From an uncultured Gammaproteobacteria bacterium (GTDB lineage: Bacteria; Patescibacteriota; Microgenomatia; Levybacterales; UBA12049), in the NCBI GenBank assembly GCA_965230895.1, contig OZ246394.1, forward strand, positions 1,313,887 to 1,377,886: a stretch of 64,000 nt of DNA, written 5' to 3'. Shown here one piece after another: positions 41,373-50,799 of this stretch (positions within the stretch are counted from its first letter, which is position 1; every line of letters begins with the position of its first letter). A program made the position numbers and the translations under genes. The notes beneath the pieces are model-generated. The model made no database searches and was not told the origin of the DNA. It was given only the letters and a program-made list of their open reading frames with translations.

Positions 41373-42836
41373 ATGAAATCAGCCCTTCGCTATATCAATC
41401 CAATACAACGTTTGGGATATACAAGTTATTCGTTCTGGTTTCCATTATTATTCTCAATTTTTATAGCTATTGTCTCCGAGTTTTATGCTTATTCTATTGC
41501 TCACAATCCTTTAGCAGTTGGTACATACATTATTTTTGTCCATGTAGCTTTAGTTATTTATTTTGCATTCAGGGACGGTATACGGGGAGGGGTAATTACT
41601 TCTGTCGTTGCTGTTGTCTATTATCTTTACATTACGTTCTCACGGAACTATTCAGGAGAACAGCTTACCCGAAGCATTGACGTTGTTATTATCCTGGGGT
41701 TATTCTTTCTTCTTTTGGCGGGTGTTATCGGTTGGTTAAAACAAACAATTGATGGATTACTTGAGCGCGAAAAAGATGAGCGAAGGCGTCTTCAAGCGAT
41801 TATCGCACAATTGCCGGTTGGAGTAATTATTACAGATAAGGATGGAGTTGTGCAGGAAACAAATAAACGCTTTGAACAGATTCTTGGGATGAAAATTCCT
41901 AAAGGTTTTAAAGTAGGGCATGAATTATTACTTGAAACAAAGCATGATGGAAGAGTAATTATTCCTTCTCAAGGTCCGCTTGCTTTAACTCTTGCTACAG
42001 GCAGACCAGTTATCGGTAAAGAATTTACATTTACAAGAAAGGATGGTAAACAGGTCCATGTGCAGTCAAGCTCTGCAGCGATTCACAATAAGGCAGGCAA
42101 GATTATTGCTGCAGCTTCAATTTCCACCGATGTAACGCAACAAAAGGAGATGGAAGCACGAAAAGATGACTTCGTAAATATGGCTTCTCATGAATTAAAA
42201 ACGCCAATTACCAGTATGAAATTATATACAGAAGCGTTAATAAAAAGATTACAAGGGAAAGATAATGCAATGTTGAAGACTCTTCAGCGCATTCACTACC
42301 AAACAGAGAATCTACAGGAGCTCGTGAGTGATTTACTCGATGTTTCCAGAATCCAAACCGGTAAATTATCATTTAATAAAGAAGATTTTGTCCTGAACGA
42401 TTTGATTGAAGAGACAGTTCAGGCATTACAGGAATCTACAGCAAATCATGCCGTGTCCTTCCATGCAAAAAAGAAGATCACTATTCATGCTGATAGGTTT
42501 CGGTTATATCAGGTGCTTACAAATTTGATAACGAATGCAATTAAATATTCACCACAAGGAGGAGATATAAAAGTTTCTGTAAAAGTAATCGATAAAAAAG
42601 CAATTGTAAGTGTACAGGATTATGGTATTGGGATTCCTAAGGATCAGTATCGAAAAATATTTGATCGACTTTATCAGGTGACAGGGCCGAAAGAAAAAAC
42701 ATTTCCTGGATTGGGAATGGGGTTATATATTTCCAAAGAAATCATCCGCCGCCACAAAGGAAATATATGGGTTGAAAGTCTACCTGATAAAGGTACAACT
42801 TTTTACTTCTCGATTCCCATGAAGCAGGGTAAGTAA
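41373..42836 (+). CDS. Sensor histidine kinase (multi-TM N-terminus, PAS, HisKA, HATPase_c)
   Basis: H-box MASHELKTPIT, N-box LTNLITNAIKYS, G1 QDYGIGIP, G2 GLGMGLY. Confidence 0.9.
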   Translation: MKSALRYINPIQRLGYTSYSFWFPLLFSIFIAIVSEFYAYSIAHNPLAVGTYIIFVHVALVIYFAFRDGIRGGVITSVVAVVYYLYITFSRNYSGEQLTRSIDVVIILGLFFLLLAGVIGWLKQTIDGLLEREKDERRRLQAIIAQLPVGVIITDKDGVVQETNKRFEQILGMKIPKGFKVGHELLLETKHDGRVIIPSQGPLALTLATGRPVIGKEFTFTRKDGKQVHVQSSSAAIHNKAGKIIAAASISTDVTQQKEMEARKDDFVNMASHELKTPITSMKLYTEALIKRLQGKDNAMLKTLQRIHYQTENLQELVSDLLDVSRIQTGKLSFNKEDFVLNDLIEETVQALQESTANHAVSFHAKKKITIHADRFRLYQVLTNLITNAIKYSPQGGDIKVSVKVIDKKAIVSVQDYGIGIPKDQYRKIFDRLYQVTGPKEKTFPGLGMGLYISKEIIRRHKGNIWVESLPDKGTTFYFSIPMKQGK

Positions 42837-42840
42837 AAAT

Positions 42841-43077
42841 TTGGTAGTATATATATCAGTGGCAAAACAATACAAAATCGAAATAGTTGAAGAGGGAATC
42901 ATCGGTTCAATGTTACTTGGTGCAAGTGGACTTCCCACGACTCGCATGGAACAATTAATGAATCATTATGCCCATAATGGATGGGAAATGCATTTTATGG
43001 TTGTTGAGAAAAGAAGATTATTTCTTTTTTGGAGTAGAGAATCTGTCATCATCACCTTTGTCCGAGAATCGAAATAA
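42841..43077 (+). CDS. Small DUF4177-like protein
   Basis: A 78-aa protein with the YKIEIVEEG...NGWEMHFMV pattern, 5 nt after the kinase gene. Confidence 0.4.
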   Translation: MVVYISVAKQYKIEIVEEGIIGSMLLGASGLPTTRMEQLMNHYAHNGWEMHFMVVEKRRLFLFWSRESVIITFVRESK

Positions 43078-43142
43078 TTGTATTGGTTGTGTAAGAATCC
43101 TTGATTCTAAATTCTCCTTATTGTATAAATAGATAGTTCCTG

Positions 43143-44291
43143 ATGAAACGACTTGCAGTCATATTGTGTGCTCTTTTGGTATTTATGGTAGGCACATATG
43201 TTTTGTCCCAACGGAATAATGCACAAAAGCCTCCAATAGCCACCAATTCTGTCAGTAACACTGCGACAACTCAACCTCAGAATAAAAATGATATCCCATC
43301 GGAAACCATTATCGCAGAGAATCTTGATACACCTTGGGCAATTGCAATCTTGCCTGATGGGAAATTGCTTGTTACAGAGCGGTTTGGGAGGGTCACACTT
43401 ATTGATCCAACTGGTGCTGCCCAACCTGTAGTTTCAGCAACACTATCTAACGTAACAGAAATAGGAGAAGGTGGACTACTCGGGATTGCGATTGATCCGA
43501 ATTTCGCATCGAATAAATATGTTTATCTCTATTACACATACAGTAGTATCGGTACTGATACTCTGAATCGAGTTGTTCGGATGACATTAAATGGTAATAC
43601 GTTGCAGGATGAAAAAACAATTGTCGATCGTATCCCTGGCGCATCCAATCACGATGGAGGACGAATTAAGTTTGGCCCCGACAACTATTTATATATAGGG
43701 ACTGGTGACGCTCAGAACCCCACACAAGCACAGATCACTTCAACCTTAGGTGGTAAGATCTTGAGAGTAACTACTGATGGTCAACCAGCTCCTGGAAATC
43801 CTTTTAACAATGACGTCTATTCGTATGGTCATAGAAATGTCCAGGGCTTAGCATGGGATGCACAAGGAGGATTATGGGCAACTGAGCATGGGAGATCCGG
43901 TGTTGCTTCAGGCTTAGATGAATTAAATTACATAAAGCCTGGCAGTAATTATGGTTGGCCTGATATAGAAGGAAGTGCAACGAGAAATGGTATGCAGGCT
44001 CCTGCATATAACTCAGGCCCTAACGATACTTGGGCTCCTTCAGGTGCAGCATTTGTAAATGGTTCTGTCTATTTCAGTGGACTTCGGGGACGTAACTTGT
44101 ACCAAGCGGTCGTTTCCAATGGGCAAGTGACAGACTTCAAAGAACATTTGGAAGGGAAGTATGGCCGCATCCGTGAAGTTGTCGCAACAAATGATGGACT
44201 TTTGTACATAACTACAAGTAATAAAGATGGGAGAGGGGTACCTCAAAGTGGAGATGATAAGATCATCCGAGTGAATCCGGAGAAGCTTTAG
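43143..44291 (+). CDS. Secreted PQQ-dependent sugar (glucose/sorbosone) dehydrogenase, GSDH family
   Basis: Signal peptide; ...PWAIAILPDGKLLVTER..., ...HDGGRIKFGPDNYLYIGTGD..., ...GHRNVQGLAWD..., ...GSNYGWPDIEG... beta-propeller motifs. Confidence 0.85.
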   Translation: MKRLAVILCALLVFMVGTYVLSQRNNAQKPPIATNSVSNTATTQPQNKNDIPSETIIAENLDTPWAIAILPDGKLLVTERFGRVTLIDPTGAAQPVVSATLSNVTEIGEGGLLGIAIDPNFASNKYVYLYYTYSSIGTDTLNRVVRMTLNGNTLQDEKTIVDRIPGASNHDGGRIKFGPDNYLYIGTGDAQNPTQAQITSTLGGKILRVTTDGQPAPGNPFNNDVYSYGHRNVQGLAWDAQGGLWATEHGRSGVASGLDELNYIKPGSNYGWPDIEGSATRNGMQAPAYNSGPNDTWAPSGAAFVNGSVYFSGLRGRNLYQAVVSNGQVTDFKEHLEGKYGRIREVVATNDGLLYITTSNKDGRGVPQSGDDKIIRVNPEKL

Positions 44292-44635
44292 ATGAGCTTG
44301 AACCAAATGATTTTGACCACAGTATCTTTGTCTACGCTACGGCCATAATACTTTTCGTATGTTTCGTACATTTCTTGATCGCTTCTGAACTGTTCATGTC
44401 CTTTTTTATCTTCCTCCGTGAGATCTCCCAATGGCTTTTCAAGTGTCTTTGTAATAACACCTGAGGCAAAAGGAGTAGTTTTTCCAAATTCAAGAAAATC
44501 TAAGACATCATTTTCCGCTAAAGCTTTCTCATCCCATAAACGCCATGTAGAGACTTTTTTGCCAGAAAGTACAAGAGGAACCAGGTGTGATGCAAACTTT
44601 AATTGTTTCTTAAGCCTTGCGGTTTGTTCAGTCAT
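44288..44635 (-). CDS. Small cytoplasmic protein, possibly ASCH-like
   Basis: A 115-aa protein, LVPLVLSGKKVSTWRLWDEK. It overlaps the convergent dehydrogenase gene by 4 nt. Confidence 0.35.
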   Translation of the reverse strand: MTEQTARLKKQLKFASHLVPLVLSGKKVSTWRLWDEKALAENDVLDFLEFGKTTPFASGVITKTLEKPLGDLTEEDKKGHEQFRSDQEMYETYEKYYGRSVDKDTVVKIIWFKLI

Positions 44636-44640
44636 AGAAT

Positions 44641-45285
44641 CTAGATGAGTCCTGTTGACTTCATCTTCCTTGCGCAGCCAGGAAATTGAGTATGGATACT
44701 TGATCGTTGAAGGAGCTGCTTAACTGCTGCTTTTTGAACCTCAAGTGGAGCAAAGTCAGCTCGTTCATACCCTGTGTTCATACTATTCCATGTACCTTGT
44801 GAGAATTGGAATGCTCCATAATAGCCATTACCTGTATTCTTGGTCGGATTCATACCAGTTTCACAGTTCCCTAGGTAGGTAAGTGCTTCTTCAGAAATAA
44901 CTGAAGCATTATCTGTAGGAGCTACTGTTTCTACAGCTATAGGAGTTGGAACTGCTGTTGGTACCGCAGTTGGAGCTAGTGTAGCAGTTGGGATTGGTGC
45001 TGTAGGTGTTGGTTGTGTCGTTATTGTCCCTTTAACCTCTATCGTTGGTCCTTGAGAAGGAGTTGGTGTTGTTGTGGTATTCACGGTGGAAGTACGTGCC
45101 GCAGATATAGGACTTTGGACAAAAACAGTTGGAGTAGGGACGTTCGTGAATGGCTCAACAAGGTGCACTTTATTTGGTGCATATTGCGCAACTTCTTGTG
45201 CATGTGCAACGGCATGGAAGATACCGGTTGAGATAGTGAACGAAAGTAAATAAAGAAGAAAGTACCCAGTCTTTTTTCTCTGCAT
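44641..45285 (-). CDS. Secreted protein with a Pro/Thr-rich linker and a C-terminal transglycosylase-like (Rpf-like) domain
   Basis: Signal peptide ...FHAVAHAQ, and GNGYYGAFQFSQGTWNS (the G.YQF..TW motif). Confidence 0.55.
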   Translation of the reverse strand: MQRKKTGYFLLYLLSFTISTGIFHAVAHAQEVAQYAPNKVHLVEPFTNVPTPTVFVQSPISAARTSTVNTTTTPTPSQGPTIEVKGTITTQPTPTAPIPTATLAPTAVPTAVPTPIAVETVAPTDNASVISEEALTYLGNCETGMNPTKNTGNGYYGAFQFSQGTWNSMNTGYERADFAPLEVQKAAVKQLLQRSSIHTQFPGCARKMKSTGLI

Positions 45286-45451
45286 GTGTCTATAATAACA
45301 TGGTTTTGAGCTCTTTCTAATGTAAGTTATCTATGGGTCTTTGTCTATAGTGATGAGTTTCCTTCCAAAATTCTTACAGTTGGCTGGATACTAAGGCTGT
45401 GTACAAATATGGATCAAAAGAGGAGTTTTGTTATAAGTCTATCGAAAAAGC

Positions 45452-46054
45452 TTGACAAAATTTACCATGGGAAGTGTTTACGGGGAGATTTGCTATAATA
45501 AATTTATGGCTAATGGACCCGCAAGTATCAGTGATGAAGCTATTCTCAAGGCAACAGGTGCTCCTTGGACTCATTGGTTAGAAGTGTTCTCCCTCATGGA
45601 TGCAAAGTCTCTTCCTCATAAAGATATTGCACGCAAACTATCTGAAGACCATAAAGTGCCTGGATGGTGGAGTCAGATGCTTACAGTGAAGTTTGAATAT
45701 GAAATTGGACGTCGGCAAATTCGTCAAGATAAACCAGGTGAATATACTATGAATTTTTCTTCAACAATTCATGGACATTTAGATATTATCTACAAACGTT
45801 GGCAACACGCGCACAATACTATAAAAGAATTGAATGGAGTTGCGTTCTTAGAGGCTCCGGTGCTTTCTCAAACGGATAATTGGAGATACTGGAAAGCAAA
45901 GATGAGCGACGGTTCTCGTATTTATATAAACTTTTCTCAGAAATCAGAAGAGAAAGTGCTACTTCAAATTACCCAAGAAAGAATTTCCAGTGAAGCCAAA
46001 GCTGATCAATGGAAAGAATACTGGAAATACGTTGTTCATAAGGAATTTTCATAA
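45452..46054 (+). CDS. Hypothetical protein (DUF4287-like N-terminus). The true start may be the internal Met (MANGPAS, near 45506-45509).
   Basis: The 200-aa ORF's stop overlaps the start of the next gene (ATGA). Confidence 0.45.
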   Translation: MTKFTMGSVYGEICYNKFMANGPASISDEAILKATGAPWTHWLEVFSLMDAKSLPHKDIARKLSEDHKVPGWWSQMLTVKFEYEIGRRQIRQDKPGEYTMNFSSTIHGHLDIIYKRWQHAHNTIKELNGVAFLEAPVLSQTDNWRYWKAKMSDGSRIYINFSQKSEEKVLLQITQERISSEAKADQWKEYWKYVVHKEFS

Positions 46055-46629
46055 TGGTTAAATCCGATTTACCGCAACTTTATTTCGGGACAGTTCAGGA
46101 ATGGGAAGCATGGCTCTCAAAAAATCATACAACATCGAAAGGTATTTGGATGAAGTTTGCCAAGAAGGGAAGTGGCATTCCTGCTATATCTCATGATGAA
46201 GCGTTACTTCCAGCTTTATGTTATGGGTGGATCGATGGCCAAGCAGATAAGTTTGATGAATTATATTGGCTGATGAAATTTACTCCGCGTAGACCGCGAA
46301 GCATGTGGTCCAAAAGGAACTGTGATTTTGTAACTCAGTTGATAGCTGAAGGCAAGATGCAGCCTGCAGGTCAAGCACAAATTGAAGCCGCAAAAGCTGA
46401 TGGTCGATGGGACGCGGCATATGATTCTCCAAAGAATATGGTTGTTCCAGAAGACTTCCTCCAAGAGTTGGCTAAAGATCCCAAGGCTTTGGAATTTTTT
46501 GAATCATTGAATAAAACGAATAAATATGCGATCGTTTTTCGTCTGCAAACGGCTAAAAAACCTGAAACCAAGGAACGAAGAAAACAGGTTCTCCTCGAAA
46601 TGCTAAAGAAAGGGGAAAAGCTTTACTAG
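46054..46629 (+). CDS. YdeI/OmpD-associated family protein
   Basis: ...WEAWLSKNH...GIWMKF...GWIDGQ... pattern; 191 aa. Confidence 0.55.
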   Translation: MVKSDLPQLYFGTVQEWEAWLSKNHTTSKGIWMKFAKKGSGIPAISHDEALLPALCYGWIDGQADKFDELYWLMKFTPRRPRSMWSKRNCDFVTQLIAEGKMQPAGQAQIEAAKADGRWDAAYDSPKNMVVPEDFLQELAKDPKALEFFESLNKTNKYAIVFRLQTAKKPETKERRKQVLLEMLKKGEKLY

Positions 46630-46646
46630 TTTGCTATAATCAAATT

Positions 46647-47066
46647 ATGAACATGTTCAAGCCTACAGCAGCTAAAACTCCCCAAGAATACATCGACCTT
46701 ATTGAAGATCCGAAAAGAAAGGCAGAGATCATCAAGCTTCATGAAATGATCCAAAAGACTGTCCCGGATCTGAAGCCATATATTTTATCAGGTATGATTG
46801 GCTATGGATCATTTCATTACAAAAGTAAAAGCGGGCGAGAAGGCGATTGGTCAGTTATTGCATTGGCAAGTCAGAAGAATTATATCTCAGTCTATCTGTG
46901 CTCGACTGAAGGCACCCAATACATGGCGGAAAAGCATAAAGACGAATTTCCAAAGGCAAGTGTCGGTAAGAGCTGTATCCGTATCAAAAAGCTTGAAGAC
47001 ATTGATCTTGATCAACTCATGAAGCTACTTAAAAAAGGTGCAGATGCGCCTGGATTTGGAGATTAA
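46647..47066 (+). CDS. DUF1801 (YdhG-like) domain protein
   Basis: 139 aa; ...YILSGMIGYGSFHYKSKSGREGDW... Confidence 0.55.
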   Translation: MNMFKPTAAKTPQEYIDLIEDPKRKAEIIKLHEMIQKTVPDLKPYILSGMIGYGSFHYKSKSGREGDWSVIALASQKNYISVYLCSTEGTQYMAEKHKDEFPKASVGKSCIRIKKLEDIDLDQLMKLLKKGADAPGFGD

Positions 47067-47067
47067 T

Positions 47068-47325
47068 ATGCCTCAAAAATGTACCCATCAAAACGAAATG
47101 AAAGTAACAGAACCCAAGACTGAAGGCTGCGAAGAATGCCTCAAATCGGGTGATACATGGGTTTCATTAAGAATGTGCCTTTCCTGTGGACATGTAGGCT
47201 GCTGTAATGATTCAAAGAATAAACATGCGAGCAAACATTATCTGATAACAAATCATCCGCTTATGAAGTCTGTGACGCCTGGGGAAGAGTTCACATGGTG
47301 CTACGTTGATGAGGTGTACCTCTAA
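47068..47325 (+). CDS. UBP-type zinc-finger protein
   Basis: CEECLKSGDTWVSLRMCLSCGHVGCCNDSKNKHASKHY. The start is taken at the internal Met, 1 nt after the upstream stop. Confidence 0.6.
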   Translation: MPQKCTHQNEMKVTEPKTEGCEECLKSGDTWVSLRMCLSCGHVGCCNDSKNKHASKHYLITNHPLMKSVTPGEEFTWCYVDEVYL

Positions 47326-47485
47326 ATCACATTCCGCCTACAAGCTGCGTAAATAGTTCATTGTTAAACACCATCAGGTATAAACCAATAATCAAACCAA
47401 TTCCAATGACAATCACAAATAACCAATTTCCTTGACGCATATTTATTACTTTTAGTATATGAAGTTGGTTTATAATTAACAAGTT

Positions 47486-48523
47486 ATGAAAGTTTGGACC
47501 ACATTTACTCCAGGGAAAGTGAGTTGGGAATTAACGACTGTGGCAACGCAAGGTAAAGGCGGAGATAGCCGATGGATGAATCATCTCGATCTGATTGAAT
47601 CAAGTTTGCGCAAACTTAAATCAGCGGGTATTGAAGGAATTCGACTAGTCATTTACCCGTACGAACTTTCTGAAGATGGAAAGACATTTAACTGGAAACC
47701 GCTTGAAACCATGCTTGATCTCTGCAAGAAGGTTAAGATGAAAGTAGAGTGGTGTGTTGGTCCATTCCAATATCCAAATTATCCGGGGATCTATTTCCCC
47801 AAACCTCTTCTAAGACATGTATTTAACAATACAAGAAGTCTTGATACAACGCCTGCGTTAAAGGAATTTGGTGATATGTTCCTTGAGAAACAAATGCTTC
47901 GGTATGGTGAAGATGATCGTATCCGAGGCTTTCATTTTGCCAATGAATGGCCCGATATGCAACGTGTACAAGGGAAAGAAAGTGTACGGACGGGTATTTC
48001 TGCTGCCTATATGCAGCATGCTGCGAAATATCTTAAAGAGAATACAGATAAACAAATCTCTTTTAATACAAATATAGATGCTTCAGATAAAAGAAAGCTG
48101 AGCAATAGCTTTGGAGAACTGTTTGATATCTTGGGTGATCGTGTGCGACTCGGATTTGATGTGTACCCCTCGCAAGAAACTTGGCGTAAAGCGTTTCTTC
48201 AAAAGTTGCGTAGATTCTTTGAGCCATATCAAAGATCATATCAATGGTGTGATAGACGATTCCCGCTCTGTGGCTTGTTCTTTTGTGAAGTTGAAGCCCA
48301 GCCTTGGGGAAATGGGTGGTCATGGTATCGGATTATCAATGCTGCAGAAAATCCTCAGAAGAAGATTATTCAATATTCACGTAGCTCTCTTCCTTATACT
48401 ATGAATAAGTATATTTCCCCAACAAAAACAAATGAAGTGAGCCTTTGGGGAGCAGATTTCTGGCTCGTAGCAGATTTGATGGGAGTAAAATGGCCGCTTG
48501 AACAGGTGAAATCCTTACGATAG
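47486..48523 (+). CDS. TIM-barrel glycoside-hydrolase-like protein (GH5-like)
   Basis: 345 aa; FHFANEWPDM resembles the GH5 NEP catalytic motif. Confidence 0.4.
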   Translation: MKVWTTFTPGKVSWELTTVATQGKGGDSRWMNHLDLIESSLRKLKSAGIEGIRLVIYPYELSEDGKTFNWKPLETMLDLCKKVKMKVEWCVGPFQYPNYPGIYFPKPLLRHVFNNTRSLDTTPALKEFGDMFLEKQMLRYGEDDRIRGFHFANEWPDMQRVQGKESVRTGISAAYMQHAAKYLKENTDKQISFNTNIDASDKRKLSNSFGELFDILGDRVRLGFDVYPSQETWRKAFLQKLRRFFEPYQRSYQWCDRRFPLCGLFFCEVEAQPWGNGWSWYRIINAAENPQKKIIQYSRSSLPYTMNKYISPTKTNEVSLWGADFWLVADLMGVKWPLEQVKSLR

Positions 48524-48538
48524 TGCTATACTAAATTT

Positions 48539-49312
48539 ATGGAATACTTTCACGCCTTGATCCTTGCTGTTGTTGAGGGTATCACAGAATTTCTTCCTGT
48601 CTCATCAACTGGTCATTTGGTCCTCACCGCCAAACTTCTCAATATTCCACAAACAGAATTTGTCAAAAGCTTTGAAATCATTATCCAATTAGGTTCAATC
48701 TTGGCAATAATTTTTCTTTACTGGAAGAAGCTTTTTGTACAGAGGACTGTATGGAAACCGATTCTTGTGGCATATTTGCCGACAGCCATCTTGGGCTTCA
48801 CCTTATATAAGCTTATTAAAGGCTATCTAATAGGGAATGAAATGATCACTGTGATTGCACTTTTTCTTGGTGGTATAGTTTTGATTATAATTGAGCTATT
48901 TCATAAAGAAGAGAAAGGTACTATTGAAAAAATTGAGGATATTCCGCTAAAGTCTGCAGTCGGGATCGGTTTTTTCCAGTCGCTAGCTATGGTTCCTGGA
49001 GTTTCCCGTTCCGCAGCAACAATTATTGGAGGATTACTTTTAAAGCTCAAACGTAAAACAGCAGTCGAATTCTCGTTTCTCCTTGCAGTACCGACGATGA
49101 TCTCAGCTACAGGACTAGATCTCATTGAAACAAGATTTACTTTTACACCATATGAATATTCTGTCTTAGCAGTAGGGTTTATCGGCGCATTCTTTGTCGC
49201 TATTTTTACCGTTAAATTTGTATTGAAATATATCGAGCGGAATAACTTTATACCATTTGGTATTTATCGAATTATCGTAGCAATCTTATTCTTCTTGTTT
49301 ATCCTCAACTAA
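48539..49312 (+). CDS. uppP: Undecaprenyl-diphosphate phosphatase
   Basis: VEGITEFLPVSSTGHL motif and a 257-aa polytopic membrane protein. Confidence 0.9.
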   Translation: MEYFHALILAVVEGITEFLPVSSTGHLVLTAKLLNIPQTEFVKSFEIIIQLGSILAIIFLYWKKLFVQRTVWKPILVAYLPTAILGFTLYKLIKGYLIGNEMITVIALFLGGIVLIIIELFHKEEKGTIEKIEDIPLKSAVGIGFFQSLAMVPGVSRSAATIIGGLLLKLKRKTAVEFSFLLAVPTMISATGLDLIETRFTFTPYEYSVLAVGFIGAFFVAIFTVKFVLKYIERNNFIPFGIYRIIVAILFFLFILN

Positions 49313-49659
49313 AAGAAAACTTCCCACCAACGTTGATAGTTTGGGCGGATATCAATAGGGGGGGAAGTTGCAGTTTTCGTGGCTGCGATATGTGTCGAAG
49401 GAATAACGACGATGCCTTCACCAGGTTTTGCCAATAATAATTTATCTCTGGCTTCGGCTTCAACAAATTCAGGCTTACTTACTTTTGCGAGGTCTTTTCT
49501 CAATTCTTGGTTTTCGGCTTTGGCGTGATCTAAGTCTTCTTGTGCTTTTATAATCAAATCTTGTTTTTGCCATGTGGCATAGATTGAGTGAGCAAGGTTA
49601 TTAATCGTAAGAAGGAGAACACCAACAATAAGAAAAAAAGCTATTTTTTTATAACCCAT
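49309..49659 (-). CDS. Septum formation initiator (FtsB/DivIC-like)
   Basis: N-terminal TM helix, a coiled coil, and the ARDKLLLAKPGE motif. Confidence 0.7.
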   Translation of the reverse strand: MGYKKIAFFLIVGVLLLTINNLAHSIYATWQKQDLIIKAQEDLDHAKAENQELRKDLAKVSKPEFVEAEARDKLLLAKPGEGIVVIPSTHIAATKTATSPPIDIRPNYQRWWEVFF

Positions 49660-49735
49660 TATGTTTTATAATATAATCTCTTTACGAAGGCATTGCAACG
49701 TCTCATAAACTTCTGCTTGTTATTTATGCAGTTTT

Positions 49736-50620
49736 ATGATATTATGGGACTTACAATTTATGAAAGAGATTAAAATTAAAGAAGCTCATCAAGAGTTTGT
49801 CGATTTTTTGCGAGGCAAGAAGCACTCAAGTGCGACTGTTTTGGCATATGGAAAAGACATTGATCAACTCACACAATTCTTAGGCGAACTTGAGAAAGAG
49901 CACATTCATGATGTAAGTAAGGACGATATTCAAGCGTTCTTAGCTGCTCTTGCGGAAAAAGGGTACACTCCAAAGTCATTATCACGTAAATTAAACTCAA
50001 CTCGAACTTTCTACCGATTCTTGAAAGTGAATGAATATGTTTCAGATGATCCATCACTTTTGGTTTCACATCCACAATATGAATTAGCAGCACCACGTAT
50101 TTTGAAGCCGACTGAATACCGGGCACTCCGTGATGCAGCTCGAAATGATGCACGTATGTATGCAATCATCGAACTTTTGCTTCAAACAGGTATCCGAATC
50201 GGTGAATTAGCAGATATTAGAACAGCAGATGTACAAGGTGATAATATCAACATCCGACCTCATGAAAAGCATGAAGAAAGAGTTGTTCCATTGAACAAAT
50301 CGGCAAAAGAAGCGTTGACTCGATATCTCAGTATCCGCCCTCAAATTGAAGATGACCATGTCTTTGTTACAAAATCAGGCAAACCTTTCTTGGTTCGAAA
50401 CATTCGTACAGCAATTGAACGTTACTTCAGAATTGCTGGTATCGAAAATGCGAAGGTAAATGATCTTCGACACACATTCGTTGCTCACCACTTGAAGCAC
50501 GGAGTTTCATTGGTACTTCTTTCAAAGATTCTTGGTCACAAGAGACTTTCTACAACAGAACGTTACCTCAACTACGTTCAAGATCGTGCTAAAGACACGA
50601 CAACCCTCAGTGAACTTTAA
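49736..50620 (+). CDS. Tyrosine site-specific recombinase (XerC/XerD-like)
   Basis: C-terminal RHTFVAHHLKHGVSLVLLSKILGHKRLSTTERYLNY with the R..H..R..Y catalytic signature. The start may be the Met at about 49760. Confidence 0.85.
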   Translation: MILWDLQFMKEIKIKEAHQEFVDFLRGKKHSSATVLAYGKDIDQLTQFLGELEKEHIHDVSKDDIQAFLAALAEKGYTPKSLSRKLNSTRTFYRFLKVNEYVSDDPSLLVSHPQYELAAPRILKPTEYRALRDAARNDARMYAIIELLLQTGIRIGELADIRTADVQGDNINIRPHEKHEERVVPLNKSAKEALTRYLSIRPQIEDDHVFVTKSGKPFLVRNIRTAIERYFRIAGIENAKVNDLRHTFVAHHLKHGVSLVLLSKILGHKRLSTTERYLNYVQDRAKDTTTLSEL

Positions 50621-50682
50621 AGTTCAGTAATTCCTTAGTATATTTTCCTTGAAGATTTTTGTGGTGTTTTCGTGGCTTACTG

Positions 50683-50755
50683 TGGGCCAGGAAGGACTCG
50701 AACCTTCGACAAGGAGTGTATAAGACGCCTGTTCTAGCCGCTGAACTACTGGCCC
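50683..50755 (-). tRNA. tRNA with a probable TAT anticodon (Ile-AUA)
   Basis: The reverse complement reads gggccag-tagttcagcggctagaac-a-ggcgt cttatac actcc-ttgtc-gaaggttcgagtccttc-ctggccc-a. The acceptor and T arms are perfect. The anticodon stem has one C-U mismatch. Confidence 0.7.
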
Positions 50756-50799
50756 TTGATAGGAAGTATTATAACACTAAAAAGACAGGATGAGCAGTG

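Noticed and set aside
43107-44306. Minus-strand ORFs overlapping the PQQ dehydrogenase gene (43107-43424, 43447-43644, 43804-44007, 44040-44306).
   Set aside because: They are antisense to a well-supported conserved gene and have no features.
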